DNA of 63,625 bases, the filler included, from Rhabdomonas costata (taxonomy: Eukaryota), in NCBI GenBank assembly GCA_019059605.1. It is 15 parts of 15 records of this genome, joined end to end, with 100 filler letters (N's around TTAATTAATTAA, not from the genome) between each part and the next. Parts side by side here need not be neighbours in the genome. Positions count along the whole stretch, not along the records: positions 21,269 to 25,414 come from JAHMHO010000339.1; positions 25,515 to 29,653 come from JAHMHO010000340.1; positions 29,754 to 33,898 come from JAHMHO010000341.1; positions 33,999 to 38,140 come from JAHMHO010000342.1; 11 more parts are not named here. The stretch is one strand, 5' to 3'. The notes beneath the pieces were generated by a model. It ran no database searches, was not told where the DNA came from, and saw only the letters and a list, made by a program, of their open reading frames with translations. Both the position numbers and the translations under genes were made by a program. Position 1 is the stretch's first letter; every line of letters begins with the position of its first letter. Positions 23,686 through 34,136 of the stretch are shown piece after piece.

Positions 23686-25414
23686 ATGTCTGACCTGAAG
23701 GCCCAAGGCGACCGAGCCTTCAAGGCCAAGCAGTACACAGACGCGATTGGACTGTATCAGCAGCATCTTCAGCAGAACCCTTCCGCGCTGATTTGCCATC
23801 TTAACATCGCTGCGGCCCTGCTGGAGCAGGGCAAGTGGGACGAGGCTCAGCGTTCCTGCGAGCGCTTCCTGGCACAGTTCGTTCCCAGCGAAGCGAAGGA
23901 CTACCACCTTTTGTGCAAAGCCCACTACCGCGTGGCTCTCGCCGGGGTGTCCCTCGCGGAGTCCTGCAAAGATGTTCTTTTCGGACCTGCGATTTTCTAC
24001 CGGCAAGCAGTGCGGGAGGCGGAGCAGGCATGGAGGCTGGCGAAGGAGCACGCGCCCTCTTTAACGGACACGATCCTGGATCTTCTACAGAAGATTCGAA
24101 TGAACCTATACCGCCAGCAGCTGGATACCGCTAAGGGGCCCAAGGCAACCAACTCCACCAACGACTCGAAGTCCAAACCCCCATTGGTGGTAGAGGTCGA
24201 GATGGCCGCTGAACTTTCGTTTGGAAACCCGGAGGAGTGGGTAGGGCTCGGCTTGCCAGCATCTGAGCTGCGACTGCTATTTGTTGGAAAGACCTGTTCT
24301 TCCAGTGCACTGCACTTTGCCCAGCGGCTCGGGGACATCATTGGTTCCACTTCGTTTGCTGTTACTATTGCTGAAAGCGACGCTCAGACGATCGCGCGGT
24401 TTTCTCTTTTACAGGCCAGCATGTTGGCGGAAGATACCGATGCTGTTGTGTTTCTGCTCAAAAAAGGGGGTGCCTCACTTTCCTCAAAGGTTGTACGCTC
24501 GGTTGCAGAGCGCGTAAGCAGTATCTTGGAAGGTGGATCTTCAACTTGCAAATCCCCTTCTGTGGTTGAAATATTAAATCGGTGGAGGGTTTGCCTGGAC
24601 AAAGCCATGCAGGGATGTGATGCCGATTCCCTGGCGGATCCGGTCTTCGCAGAGCTCCAACTGCCATGTGGCCTTCTGTCGTCTTGTGAACCTTCCTTCA
24701 CCTTCATCCGGTGTGCTAGATTCGTTCACTCCAATGCGATGGAGCTGCGTTCGAACCTGGCTGAAGATGCTACCTTCCACGCGATATTCGCTCGCTACTC
24801 TTTGCCCGCTAGTCTTCTGGTGTCTTCATTGCTGCCAATGATTGTGGCCCTCCCTGCGGCATGCCTTCACATCGTTCCCTGCGATGCTGGCATTCTTTCC
24901 GCCCGCGAAGGTCTCCACATTCAGGAGTTTGAGAGTCTCTTCCACTGCAATGTGTCTGAAGTGACACTCAAAAGCTGTGTCAAAATTTCCTCAGCAGGGC
25001 GTGGGCCCTCAAATGCTTCTCTTCAGCTGCACGCTACCTTTGCTAAGCGGCTTCTGTGTTCCGTGTGCTCTCTGGAAAAGTACACGTCAAGCTTGCGGAC
25101 GGTTTCCACAGCATGTCTCGAGCCAATTCTGGAGCCCCTCTTTAACGCCCCAGAAGCCTTGCTTTCCGTTCTAAGCGCTGAGTGTGGACCTCTCTACCCG
25201 TTGTTTCGGCTGCAAATTCAGGCGTTACTGAGCAGGGCATCTCCTTCGTTTCCCGAGCGCTTTGCTCGAGCCTTGGCCAGAGAGGGCTGGCTGATTCCCG
25301 CGGCTTGTGTCGCGCGCTACCAGTCCGTCTTTTCACAGTTCTCGGCACCCTTTTGCGGTGGGCTTTTGGTTCTCTCCCGAGGAAGGCTTACTCCTCCTGA
25401 GAGAACCAACAAAC
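23686..25414 (+). CDS. TPR-domain protein (3' truncated), possible degenerate DUF4470-like region
   Basis: MSDLKAQGDRAFKAKQYTDAIGLY...HLNIAAALLEQGKWDEA...KAHYRVALA (3 TPRs). Later LRLLFVG...VTIAESDAQTIARFSLL. A polypyrimidine/AG acceptor lies at 23641-23657. Confidence 0.8.
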
Positions 25415-25514
25415 NNNNNNNNNNNNNNNNNNNNNNNNNNNNNNNNNNNNNNNNNNNNTTAATTAATTAANNNNNNNNNNNNNNNNNNNNNNNNNNNNNN
25501 NNNNNNNNNNNNNN

Positions 25515-28500
25515 GGGCGGGGGTTCCTCAGACCTGGAGGCACGATGTTTGTTGTGCGTTCCGCCCGTGCTAAGGCGATCTTCTTTCTCAGCGCATTTGT
25601 CGAGGAACTGGAATGCCTTCTGCCACCGACGGTGTTTTCGATTCGGGACGCACTTCCCGTTTCCATCCTGCGAATGATGGAAATCCAGGGCTCTGTGATG
25701 CTTCTGGAGGACTCTGACCCGTCGCGGAGCGTGGAGCAGTCTCGTGTGGGCTCAGGTAGAGTTCCTTCCCGGTGCAATTCGGTAACTTCGAAGTTGTTTC
25801 TACAGCGTAAGCTGCATTTTTTATTTGAGCCACTTCGGGCCACCCATGTTGTGGTACATGCCACTGCTGACCGTGAGCATCAAGAGGTTCCATACGAGCT
25901 GCAGTCTCGGGTACTTGAAAAGCTTCGGGTTTCTGGCACTGAGAAGGAGAAAATCCCCACAGAAGTTGTGCTGTCATCTGGGGGCACGGGGAAGACCTCA
26001 ACGGCTTTACTGATTCAAGACAGGCTCCTCGACCCAAATGCAGGTTTTGGCTCCATTGCTTGCATTTTTCTGTCGCTGCCTTTGGCAGGAACGAATCTGC
26101 ATGATTGCAATGGCATGGCTCGTTTCTTTGAGACGACCATGAACTTGACTGCTGAAGACTTTGATAATGCCGAAGAGAAGAGTATAGTGATGATCTGTGA
26201 CTCTTGGGATGAGGTTCAGCCAGATGTAGGTCGCGTCGAAGCCTTGCGAAGAATGATTTTAACACGCCAGGAGTGTGTTACCCGGTACAAACTTGAGGCC
26301 AATTTTCATGCTGAAATACTGGGTCGAAAGAAAGGAGAAGAGCTCGTCCAAAAGGTTTTGGACATTCCTGAACTTCGCGAACTCATTGCGACTCCAGTTT
26401 TGGCCACAATGCTCTGCACCGCTGGTGACAGTGTGCTTCAGGAGCTCCGGAAACAGCGGCGACAGGCTCTGAATTGCGGTGAGATTTATCGTATTGTACT
26501 CGAAGCCCAGTCAACGCGTGAGCTCAAGCAGCGTCTGGGGGAAGAGCCAGAAATTACGAAAGGCCTCTTTGTTATCAAAACCTCGTGCCAGGAAATTGCT
26601 TTACAGATGTGCGCGACGCAGACGACTCATTTGCCTATGTTTAATGTGAGGTCAGTTTTCTTGCGCCACCTTCGTTTGTGCGCTAGTGTGTTCACGGGCA
26701 TACATGCAATGGAGGCCCCCGAGTCGTCCGAGGAAAAAGATTTCGTTGATACCCTGCTTTACAGTTCTCCGCTGCGGATGGGTCGTCTCCGAGAACCTGA
26801 AGCCCTCGTCTCGTTTTCTCATCTCAGCCTTCAGGAATTCTTTGCAGCCCAGCTCCTTGTCGTCCACCCATCGATAGTGGGCCATGAAGTTTACGTCTGT
26901 CGACTGGACTTGCGCGGTCTTCCCGCCTTGCGAGCCTTTGTGTGTGATCTGCTGGTGCACCGTCCGATGCAGGAACAACAGCGTTGGGTAGGACTCATGC
27001 GTGATGCTGTTGAGGCTACTCGGGGTGACCCGCACCACAAGACCAGTGAAGGGACTCTAGAAAGCCTTTGGAACTCTGAAGAAGGGGGCCCGCGGTGCCG
27101 CGCCGCAGCTAACGCAATGACCTTGATTGCCGCAGTGAATCACACTATCCAAGGCTGGGACCTTTCAAGGTGTCGCTTCCCTGGGGCCTTCTTGGACGGT
27201 CTGCAGGTTATTCATAGCAATTGGCGTGGTATTGATGCTCGGCATTGCATTTGGACACGGCCGCGGCTTGTCGATGTGGACCTGAGGGATGCATCGCTTG
27301 AGCAGGCTATTTGTGGGGAGGAGCCCCCCCTACTGGGGCACAGTGCCCCAGTGGAAGCGGTTGTGGCGACACCAGACGGAATGCATCTTGTAAGCGGTAG
27401 TAGCGACAATACGATCAAGGTTTGGAATCTGCATACCGGAAAGGAGGAGCGGTGCCTCACCGGACACCGTGGGTCTGTTTTGGCTGTCGTGATAACACCC
27501 GATGGAATGCATCTTGTGAGCGGGAGTAATGACAACTCGATCAAGGTGTGGAACATCCACACTGGGGAAGAGGAGAGGAGCCTGACTGGGCATGGCGGCG
27601 GAGTCATTGCCGTATTGGCGACTCCTGATGGAACTCGTCTTGTGAGCGGGAGCAGCGATAAAACCATCAAAATCTGGAATTTCCAGACAGGCAGGGTGGA
27701 ACGCAGTCTCACTGGCCACACGGGTCCTGTTCGATCACTTGCTCTGTTACCGGATGGGGCTGGTTTGGTGAGCGGAGGTAAAGATAATACCATCAGAGTC
27801 TGGAATATGCAGACTGGACAGGAAGAAAGGTGTCTCGTTGGGCATAGCAGTGGGGTATATACCGTAATAGTGACTCTTGATGGGATGCGCCTTATAAGCG
27901 GAAGCTATGACAGCACAATCAGAGTTTGGAATCTCCAGACTGGAAAAGAGGAGAGAATTATTACTGGGCATGCGCGTCCAGTTACCTCCTTGTCGATCAT
28001 GCCTGATGGGGCGCGTTTTGTGAGCGGAAGTACCGACAATACGGTAAAGGTGTGGAACTTGCAAACCTGGAAGGAAGAGCGCAGCTTGAGCGGACATAGT
28101 GGGTCTGTTATGTCCGTCACGGTTACCCCCGACGGGATGCGCATTGTCAGCGGAAGCTACGACAATACAGTGAAAGTGTGGAATTTGCAGGCCGGAAAGG
28201 GAGAGCGAAGCCTTCCAGGACACATTGGCGCTGTTCATGCTCTTGCAGTCATTTCGAAGTCGGATGAAACACGATTAGTCAGCGGAAGTGCGGACAATAC
28301 CATCATATTGTGGGATTTGAAACTGGGAAAGATGGAGCGCATCCTTAAGGGCCACAACGCCACGGTCTACTGTGTTTCTGTTACTCCAGACGGGACGCGC
28401 CTTGTCAGCGGAAGTGGAGACAACACCATCAGAGTGTGGGATCTTCGTACGGGGGAAGAGCTACGCAGCCTCAATGGCCACAAAGGCTATGTACATACAG

Positions 28501-29180
28501 TTTCGGTGACACCCGATGGGTTGTGGGTTGTCAGCGGAAGCAGCGATAAGTCAATCAAGCTTTGGGCTCTACGCACAGGAAAGGAAGAACGCTGCCTAGT
28601 CGGTCACCGGAGTTCCGTCTTTGCTGTGGTGATTACTCCCGACTGCAAACATATTGTCAGTGGAAGTGGAGACAAATCTATCAGAGTTTGGGAGTGGCAT
28701 AGCGGGAAAAACGTTTGCACTTTTTCAGGTCACCGCTCTTCTGTTCTCACCTTAGCCATGGTTCCCGATGGGATGCATGTTGTGAGCGGAGGTGAGGACT
28801 TTACAATTAAGGTTTGGAATCTGCAGCGTGGAAATGAAGTGCACAGCTTTTATGGCCACCGTGGCCGCATCAGTGCTTTGGCTGTGACTTGCCATGGATC
28901 GCACCTTGTCAGCGGAAGCTGGGACAACACGCTCAGGGTGTGGAATTTGCAAGATAGTAAACCAATCGACCTCCATGACCATGACCGTGGCTGTTCTCTT
29001 GATTGCAGTGCGGCGGGTAAGTTACGCAACGATGCCCACGACTTCCCTGCAGCGTCCCTTTCCCATCGCCCAGGTTGTTGTCAGCTTATTTTGGGCTACT
29101 TTTCCCCAATTGTTGAGGACGTCCTGCTCTCGTCTGATGCTTTTGCACCTTCCCTACTTCGGCATCAATCTGGCAATTAA
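25515..29180 (+). CDS. NLR-like STAND protein: NACHT NTPase - pentapeptide-like linker - 13 WD40 repeats (5' truncated)
   Basis: Walker A SSGGTGKTS, Walker B MICDSWDE, TPVLATM, winged-helix FSHLSLQEFFAA, AAANAMTL followed by DLSRC..DLRDASLEQA, then 13 GH...SGSxDxTIKVW repeats of about 42 aa. The frame is open back to the contig start; first ATG at 25545. Confidence 0.93.
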   Translation, partial: GRGFLRPGGTMFVVRSARAKAIFFLSAFVEELECLLPPTVFSIRDALPVSILRMMEIQGSVMLLEDSDPSRSVEQSRVGSGRVPSRCNSVTSKLFLQRKLHFLFEPLRATHVVVHATADREHQEVPYELQSRVLEKLRVSGTEKEKIPTEVVLSSGGTGKTSTALLIQDRLLDPNAGFGSIACIFLSLPLAGTNLHDCNGMARFFETTMNLTAEDFDNAEEKSIVMICDSWDEVQPDVGRVEALRRMILTRQECVTRYKLEANFHAEILGRKKGEELVQKVLDIPELRELIATPVLATMLCTAGDSVLQELRKQRRQALNCGEIYRIVLEAQSTRELKQRLGEEPEITKGLFVIKTSCQEIALQMCATQTTHLPMFNVRSVFLRHLRLCASVFTGIHAMEAPESSEEKDFVDTLLYSSPLRMGRLREPEALVSFSHLSLQEFFAAQLLVVHPSIVGHEVYVCRLDLRGLPALRAFVCDLLVHRPMQEQQRWVGLMRDAVEATRGDPHHKTSEGTLESLWNSEEGGPRCRAAANAMTLIAAVNHTIQGWDLSRCRFPGAFLDGLQVIHSNWRGIDARHCIWTRPRLVDVDLRDASLEQAICGEEPPLLGHSAPVEAVVATPDGMHLVSGSSDNTIKVWNLHTGKEERCLTGHRGSVLAVVITPDGMHLVSGSNDNSIKVWNIHTGEEERSLTGHGGGVIAVLATPDGTRLVSGSSDKTIKIWNFQTGRVERSLTGHTGPVRSLALLPDGAGLVSGGKDNTIRVWNMQTGQEERCLVGHSSGVYTVIVTLDGMRLISGSYDSTIRVWNLQTGKEERIITGHARPVTSLSIMPDGARFVSGSTDNTVKVWNLQTWKEERSLSGHSGSVMSVTVTPDGMRIVSGSYDNTVKVWNLQAGKGERSLPGHIGAVHALAVISKSDETRLVSGSADNTIILWDLKLGKMERILKGHNATVYCVSVTPDGTRLVSGSGDNTIRVWDLRTGEELRSLNGHKGYVHTVSVTPDGLWVVSGSSDKSIKLWALRTGKEERCLVGHRSSVFAVVITPDCKHIVSGSGDKSIRVWEWHSGKNVCTFSGHRSSVLTLAMVPDGMHVVSGGEDFTIKVWNLQRGNEVHSFYGHRGRISALAVTCHGSHLVSGSWDNTLRVWNLQDSKPIDLHDHDRGCSLDCSAAGKLRNDAHDFPAASLSHRPGCCQLILGYFSPIVEDVLLSSDAFAPSLLRHQSGN

Positions 29181-29753
29181 TGGCTGCCCTCCAATGCCCC
29201 CCCCAAAAACAAATCTTGCAAACATGTTCCTTTACTTTGCTGTTTGGTGTGCAATGTAGAAAAGCTGTTGTTCTATGTATTTACTTTCGACGGTTTGTAA
29301 AATAGATAAGGCTTCGATCATGCTCGTTTCCCGCTGACTTCATGTTTCGCTTTTAAACTGATGAACAGCTTTGCAGCAGGACAATTAGTCTAATGCCCAA
29401 ATGTGCAAAATGTCAAAAGTGCAATAACTCCATCTCGTCAACACAGTCCCGCATGCTAGATGAGGTGAGTCACAGGTTTGGGGTGTCGGCCGCCGTCTCT
29501 CCAAATATTTGATGCTGATTTCTAGCGTAGTTCCGTGTGCCGACAAGAACCAGCTAAGACAATGTGGTGATTCCACTCTTATCATGTACCACCTTCTCGG
29601 TGCAAGCCGCGGTGGGCAACTTTTTGGAGAGACGGCGGCCGACACCCCAACACNNNNNNNNNNNNNNNNNNNNNNNNNNNNNNNNNNNNNNNNNNNNTTA
29701 ATTAATTAANNNNNNNNNNNNNNNNNNNNNNNNNNNNNNNNNNNNNNNNNNNN

Positions 29754-30190
29754 GTTGGTTCTGTCTCCTTCTCCTGTGTTCGTGCTATCGTTGTTGTATT
29801 GCTTGTTGTATTGCTTATTGATGCTGCGTTGGTTCATGGCTCTGTTGATGTGCTTGGGTTGGAGGGTGTGTTGGAGGGTGTGTTGGAGTTGGAGGGTAGT
29901 GGTGTCGATGCTTCCGTTGTTAGTGCTTCCGTAGTGCATGTTGATGGTTCCTGCGTTCTTGGCTCTCAGGGTGTGTTTGTTTCTGTTGGAGAGGATGGGT
30001 TCGTGTGGGTTCGTGGGTTGGTTGATGCTAGTGCTGTGTTAGTGCATGTTCCTGTCTCTGTCTCTAGCGGTATTCTGGACTCTGTTGCTGGTGTTGTGGG
30101 TGTGGTGGTTCGAGGTGCTGAGGGTGTTGGTGGGTTGAGTGGTGACGTGGATGCTGTGGTAGACGTCTTATGGGGCTGGGATGTCACAGA
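29754..30190. repeat. G/T-rich low-complexity tract
   Basis: Repeated ttggagggtgtg and gtgcttccgt units; overlapping ORFs are compositionally biased. Confidence 0.55.
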
Positions 30191-30613
30191 TCACACTGAG
30201 TGAGAGAGAAAGAAAAATGCTGTGAAGGCAGAAAGGCTGGATACGCATATACGGAACCCGGAGTTAACGAAACGATTTACAAAATGTAGGCATCTTTTGA
30301 CCTCCTTTCAAGAAAAGCAGAGAATACACAGAAAGAAAGAACTGCCGGTGGACTCAAGCTATAAATGGACAATGTAATGGAAGCAGGAAGGAAGTTTGTC
30401 TCTCCACCCAACCCTTTTGCCATTGTGCACAGGGAAGAGTGCACACGGAAATCTGGTGGATTGATGGCAGATTTCTGTTATGATTTCAATCATCACGTCT
30501 GCATTGATGATATCTGTTTGTTTTGAACGTTCCTGAGTCAGGTGTTTTTTTTACACCTGGAAAAGACGATAGCGAACGCTATCGTCTTTTCCAGGTGGGG
30601 GGAGGGCAAGGAC

Positions 30614-33600
30614 CAGCTGGCGCGTCCTCCTCGGACGAGAAGTACGGAACAGCAGAAAAGTACAGCACCACGGTGACCATAGGCTTCAGGTCTAGCTGTG
30701 TGCACCCAGCACCTAGCACTCAATCCACGCGCAGCTGGAAATTACAGTTGGAGAAGAACCTTTGAAATAACTACCTGGGAAGGCAGCGGAATGGAACCTA
30801 TTCCTTGATTTGGAGAGCGGGGCATGGAGGAGAAACCACGAGAGGCACCGGCGTACGGGGGAAAGGAAAAGAGAAAGGGCGAGGCGGAGTCAGCAGCCTG
30901 AGCGGAGACGTCGCCGCACCACGGCTCCTCGCGCTGCACGAAGGCCTGCTGCAGCGGGGAGGCGCTGTGACGCTGCAGGAAGTGCAGAACCACGTCCAGC
31001 GCGGCCACGGAGAGGGCGTCCCGCACTGCGGGACCCCGCCAGGCCATCGCCACCGTTCCCTATGGAAAAAGCATCAGGGCGGCGACCCACCCATATTCAC
31101 AGAGTAATGTTCCGCATACCACTGAAAACACTAAAACGGAAAAAAAAAGGCGCAGCGAGAATCCAACCGACAAAATCAGGCATCTGAGAACCCACTGAAC
31201 CCATACCCTACCTCTTCGGCAAAGGAGGACGAGGATGTGCCAAACCAATGGGGGGCGTCTGAATCCAACTTTGAACTGTATGGACTGGCATGAACGACCA
31301 ACCACCGGCTCAAGGGCAGCAGCCTGGCTTGTTCGAAGACAGAGGTCCCCACACAACAAAGCGTTTTGGAAAGTCCTGAGAGAAAGGTGCGCTGCAGGAC
31401 TCATTAACCTGTGAGGTTTCCTCGGAGGGGAACAGCACTGTCTCCATCCGCGACGACAGCAGCTCGGGCTCATAGCACAGCTCCGCGGAGAACAGCTCAG
31501 CCCCCGTGGGGGTCGCGAAGGCAAGATTGGAATTGGGGATGGGATTGGCAGTTTCGGAGTGCCCCCCGTTTTCTGGCGGGGGCACGTCACCCTGGATTCC
31601 TGGCGCTGCAGAGGAGGACAAAGCCTCCCAGGAGGAGTGGATCGCGGCAAGCGCGCCGTTCTCGTCGACGCTGAACGGCACAGAGAGCGAAAGGCTGATG
31701 CGGAGCGGTGAATGGGTGAACGGGTGCACACAGTGCGGTCCGCTGGAGAGGGGACCTGGGGAAGAGAACTAGGCAGCATATTGGTCGCACTGATCACCGC
31801 GTTCCTGTGGTGCCCTTGGTCCACGTTAGAGTTCCGTCCCCCAAGAATTAACAAAATCAACGGGTGGGGTTGGAAAATCGACATCGACAGCAATAGAATT
31901 TCTAGTACACTGACAAACCTTTTGCCTGAGCGGACAGAGATGAAGGAACACAGTCAAACACACACACACACACACACACACACTCACTCACTCACTCACT
32001 CACTCACACACACAGGTAAGCAGGCATGCAGCTGTGACAGCCTTGCGTTATAACCGACATTGACATCCCCGGCCTCAAATACCAAAGCACGACAAGCACA
32101 GAAATGGTTTCCACTTTACATAGTGCAGCAATCCCACGCACACACACACCTTCCCACGATAATCACGCTCAGGCGAGAGAACTGGTAGGCTGCCTTGTGG
32201 AAGGCTCGCAGCGCGCCCACGGTGAGCCCCCGGATCTCAGAGGTGATACCTCCTGTGGGCGGCACGGGTTAAGGGGCACAAAACCCAAAAAGAGGGCGTT
32301 CTCCGGCCAAAGAAGCCCCACTTCTGCACAGATTGGATTATCTCGCACAATGAGAGAAGCCCTGGATTTTATCTGTTTACGGAGAGTAAAGTAGAAAAAC
32401 TTTCAAGCTTTCCTCCAGCCGTATGGACCAGATGACTGAAGAGCTCATTTACGACATGCCAAGATTTTTCATCCAAGACGCATAACGGCGCACCAGAATC
32501 AAAGGCGTAGGTGGACTTCTCCCCGAACAGAAGCCTCCGCAGAGCCAGTTCCAGCAGGCAGCCCTCGGTGTTCTCTATAGCCTGCACGGGAGTGTTGCGC
32601 CCAACGCGCAGCCCAAAAAGCAACGGGGAACCCAAACACAGAGAGGGAGACTGGCGATTGTTCCCAATTGTTTTTTTATCAAGCCACAGCTCATAAAAAA
32701 TGATCTGCTTTTGATCAGCTCCACAGAAAGCTTGCAACGAGACGGGAACAGTTCGTGTTGTTGACGTGAAGAAATGGCTCCCAAACAATGAGGAGATAGT
32801 GTAAAAGCGGATGTGTTTTTATTTACGTGGAATTTGTTTACGGTCTGTGAACCTTCCTCCACCCATAGTCTCTGGCGTGCTCTCGGTTACTCAGCCATTC
32901 CTCTCCTTAAACGTTAAACGATCAAAGTTAACGTAACGTCCGATTCTTTCCCCTCTAGCTCCAGCAGTGCTGAAACAAATCGCATGGGTCATTCCGGAGA
33001 TAACACACCTGCATCTCACAGAACACAACGCCCTGCTCCTTGCCCTCGCCGTCGATGTGGAAAACCTCCGTCGTGAACGACTCAGGGCTAAGCAAGGGAC
33101 TCAGCACGTGATCCATGAACACGGGAAGGACCTGTGCGCAGTGGTAAAAAGATCAGACGGGTCAGCTCATGAGTCATCCGAAAACCCAACAATGAGTGAT
33201 TTTACGGACCTAGGGTCAAAGAGCACTCTGGTATGCGCTAGACGGCTCAGAGATAATAGTGAAAAAACACCACAATGTTTGCGACATTCCACAAAGGGAA
33301 TGCTAAAAAATAGGGGGTAGGCAGTTAGGTTACGTCAATCAGTACAAGAGCATTCCAGGGTGATTAGATGAATCACCTCAAGGACGTAGGGACTCCAATC
33401 GCTTCCATGTGCGAAACGGGCGGGCCGAGCAGTAAGGGCATTTACAGGCCCTGGGAATGCTCTCTGAATCCCCGACGCCCAGGCGGCCAGATCTTGCCAG
33501 AAATAAACACACCTGTGTTCGTTCCAAGCAATTATGACAGCAAAGCAGATCATATCGTATCATATCCTGAACATAACCCACATCAGGTGGAACACGGGGT

Positions 33601-33878
33601 ACACGGGGGTGTTCGTAATGTTGCGGATGCAGAGGTGGCGGAAGGAGGAGAATGGGTGGTCGCGGTGCACAAAAGAGAAAGAGAGAAACAACGGTATCTC
33701 ATTCATACTTTCAGAAGGCCCTCTGCGCTGGCGACGTCGAAGGAATACGTGGTATGGTCGTCGGAGGTGAAGGCATTGGTGCCCCGGGACATGCACCGCA
33801 GCGCCAGGCTGTCGAGGTAGCCCCGGGGGTACCTTGAGGTGCCCAGGAAGCACAGGTGCTCCAGGCAGTGGGGCGAGC
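30614..33878 (-). CDS. M16-family zinc metallopeptidase (insulinase-like, C05D11.1/Sdd3-type), partial, at least 7 exons
   Basis: Phase-consistent exons 33878-33709 (GSPHCLEHLCFLG..GTNAFTSDDHTTY, HxxEH), 33131-33009 (LPVFMDHVLSP..FTTEVFHIDGEGKEQGVVFCEMQ), 32581-32494, 32252-32150, 31670-31409, 31059-30898 (AWRGP..SPLQQAFV) and 30695-30614. Confidence 0.92.
31957..32013. repeat. Compound (CA)n/(CACT)n microsatellite in an intron
   Basis: Seen directly in the sequence. Confidence 0.95.
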
Positions 33879-34136
33879 CTAGAGAGTGTACCCAAACCNN
33901 NNNNNNNNNNNNNNNNNNNNNNNNNNNNNNNNNNNNNNNNNNTTAATTAATTAANNNNNNNNNNNNNNNNNNNNNNNNNNNNNNNNNNNNNNNNNNNNTA
34001 TTCACACTTCGCTCCCACCATTCTTGTACATCTTAGGCATGCGTTCCCGAAGCGAATCCTCCGACTTCACCCATGCGGCAAACGGCACCACTCGCACACC
34101 CACCACCACAACACCCACCATCGACATGCACCCACC

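Noticed and set aside
19950-28950. Regular DNA repeats as CRISPR-like arrays
   Set aside because: The 81-nt and 126-nt periodicities are protein-coding LRR and WD40 units.
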